A stretch of DNA of 60,000 nt, taken from Vicugna vicugna. Taxonomy: Eukaryota. Below the pieces are notes generated by a model. The model was not told the DNA's origin, searched no databases, and saw nothing but the letters and a program-made list of their open reading frames with translations. Every line of letters begins with the position of its first letter. Positions within the stretch are counted from its first letter, which is position 1. Position numbers and translations under genes: made by a program. The DNA lies in NCBI GenBank assembly GCA_013265495.1, contig MU057887.1, forward strand, positions 3,135,576 to 3,195,575. Direction: 5' to 3'. Positions 57,509 to 60,000 of the stretch are shown piece after piece.

Positions 57509-59609
57509 TGCTTCCACCCCCGCGCTGTCCGAGTGCGGGCAGCCCCCTGGTCGGTGAGCTGCGTGTCTATGTGACACTGCTGCCGCCGCCCCGTTGCCCT
57601 CCGAGCTTAGCCAGCACCAGAGCTTTCCTCCCTTTTAACTCCCTGAAGCAGGTGCAGACGCGTGTTTACGTGAGAGCAGTCAGGGCTGTGTAAGCCGCTG
57701 CCTGAAACCGCCAAGGTGCGTCCACGAAGGCGTCCCTGGCGCCTCCCGCAGGGCTGGAAGGACACCGAGGGGCTTCACAGGGGCCTTGGGTCCAGGGGGC
57801 CCCCCTGCCCTGTCCACACTCCAGCCCCGAGGCGGCTGTCTCTGGCCCGCCCGGCCGGGCTCAGCCGGATCTCAGTGGCCTGGTCCCCTTTCTCACCCAG
57901 CTCATAGGAGGGTGGGACGGATGGAGTGAGCACAGAACAGAAACGGCCAGCTGGCCCGAATGGATCTGCTTCGGAGTCCCTGTGCCCAGGACGTCGGGCC
58001 TCGCCCGGTGTGGGCTCACCCCGATTCTGCTCCTCTGTAGCTCACACAGGCCGCCTGGCCACCTCCCCTCACTCAGCGAGGTTGGGGCACCCAGTGATTC
58101 CTGGGTCCCCACTCAGTGCACCTGCCAGCCACGCTCTTGGCGACTCTGAGCCTTCCGATCTCGCAGGGCCGAACAGAGGTACCTCCAGGCCCCTGAGACG
58201 TGTCCTCTAATTCTCAGACGGAGAATTAAAGAGATGGGGGTGCTCAGCTCTGCAGCCCACCCCCCACCCATTTGATGAGTGATACAGGGAAAGATCCCCC
58301 TGCTGTCTGCCTGGGTTTTGTTTCTGCTTTTTCCTGTTGAGACAATTTGTTGTTCACGTGGTCTACATGAGCTCGTTAGAACTGACCGGGGACCCCTGAA
58401 CGAGCAAACGCTCCCGGCCCTGCCCCCGGGGCTGGGTCTGACGCTCTGGGCAGGAGCACAGTCTAGAGCCCCCGTGAGTGCACCGAGCGGGCACGCCCGG
58501 CCTGGGGCACCCGTGGGCACCTGCGTCCCTGGGTCACTGCCCCAGGGCCCTCGTCCCTGCCAGCTGCCATCTCCACCGCTGATGGCTAGACCGCCTCCCC
58601 CAGGTCTCCAGCCAGGAGGCCTCCCAAAATGCCGAGGCAGGGAGGGTGGTTTTAATCAGAGATAATAAATCATTTTGTGCTGCAGGTTTTACAAGCCTCT
58701 GTTGGTTGTCACTGCGATAAAACTTGATCAAACAGTGTCATCCAGTGGGGAAAGGAGCCAGCGCCTCCCAGGGGGTGGAGTCCCCTGCGCTTCACGCTTT
58801 TCAGCCGCGTCTGAGAACCCGCTCGAAGTCCAAAGGGCCCCCCTCTGCATGCGTCTTGTTTACACCAGGCGCCCCTCCCACTGTGCAGCGGGGATGGGGG
58901 TGTGGAGAATCCCATCTCTGCTCTGACCTGCCCCCCTCCCTCTGCCTCCTTTATTTTCCCAACCACTTTCTTTTCACAAGAGCACAATTTGAATCATTAT
59001 CAGCTCCTGACAGTTGCACCAGCCTCTGCTATCTCCCCGAACAAAAGGGACAATATTCAATTCAACCCGCTCGCGTGTCAAAGGGAATCGCAGGTGATTA
59101 AGCTCGGGAGGCCTCGTTTACTGTGGATTAGACGCGAGCGCCTGCTGCACGGCTCACTGCAGGCCCGCCCAGCTCCGCTCCCGCCAGCCAGCTTCGGGAA
59201 GTCAGTGTCGATAATCCCGAAGTCTCTTTGGCACCAAAATGATCTTCAAGCTGTGGATGCCTTGGGGCAGATGGAGCGATAAACCCAGAGTGCTTGCAAA
59301 TGGAAAAAACACCCACTCTGTTTCCTGCAGTATTTCCTGAGCAGCGAGGGGTCTTTGTGGATCAGCGCTGAGGGAGGGGGGCCTCACGCTGCATCTCAGG
59401 GGAACGGCGGAGCCCTCTGCACCAGCCTGTCTGGGGCAGTGAATCTGGGGCAGCTGGGAACTGCATCCATCGTCAGTCTCTCAACAAGAAGTGCAGTGAC
59501 CACAGACCCTCAGGGACTGCCCAGGGGCACGAGCAGGCGGACTCACAGGGCAGCAAGCCCGCTCATCGTGGAAAACGGGGCGCCTGAGCCTTGAGGGAGC
59601 GCGGGCTGC

Positions 59610-59720
59610 CGGCGACCCTGTCCGGGCCTCTGCCCCTGGTCGGGACTCAATTTCCTCGTCTGCTCAATGAAGAGGTTGGGCTGGGTGACCTCAGAGGCTC
59701 CTGCCTGCGCTCACATTTTA
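59610..59720 (+). mobile_element. MIR/MIR3 fragment
   Basis: ggactcaatttcctcgtctgctcaatgaagaggttgggctgggtgacctcagaggctcctgcc. Confidence 0.65.
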
Positions 59721-60000
59721 TTATCTTAATTGTGTGCTATCGACTGCTGGAGAGGCCGGTCACCCTGGCGCTGCCAGCGAGCGGCTTTGTGTATTGATCT
59801 CCGAGTTACTTCGCGAGCTGTCAGACAAACTTCCCAAAGTGACTTTCGTTTGGCATCGGACAAGACACGGTATTGTTTGAAATTATTTTAACTTCATGGT
59901 GATGGGATCACTACAGATTGGGAAAGGCTGTGGGGCGTGATGGGCGGGACCTGGGTCCTGGCCGAGCCCCTCCCCATCTCCGCATCTCCACCTGCGCCGC

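Overview
GC-rich placental-mammal genomic DNA from a draft assembly with two N gaps (18548-18883, 42772-43026). It is most likely cetartiodactyl, possibly camelid; this is inferred from the L1 3'-end and LTR sequences and from the absence of recognisable Alu, Bov-tA/BovB, PRE1 or Can-SINEs. I recognise no protein-coding gene, RNA gene or CRISPR array, and the ORF track is essentially noise from high GC, simple repeats and decayed L1. The window reads as intergenic or deep-intronic sequence. It contains old interspersed repeats (MER21-like and MER41-like LTRs, MLT1 LTRs, L1M/L1MC/L1ME fragments, L2, MIR, MER58) and micro/minisatellites. There are also two large tandem duplications that share an odd single-A junction (probably assembly artefacts) and several non-repetitive AT-rich, homeobox-motif-dense islands that look like conserved non-coding enhancers. 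The most striking signal is patchy, strongly directional A/T->G/C remodelling of old L1 fragments into CpG-rich sequence, as expected from GC-biased gene conversion hotspots. I found no evidence for a new gene-encoded system. Repeat family names come from recalled consensus sequences and repeat boundaries are approximate unless a TSD is given.
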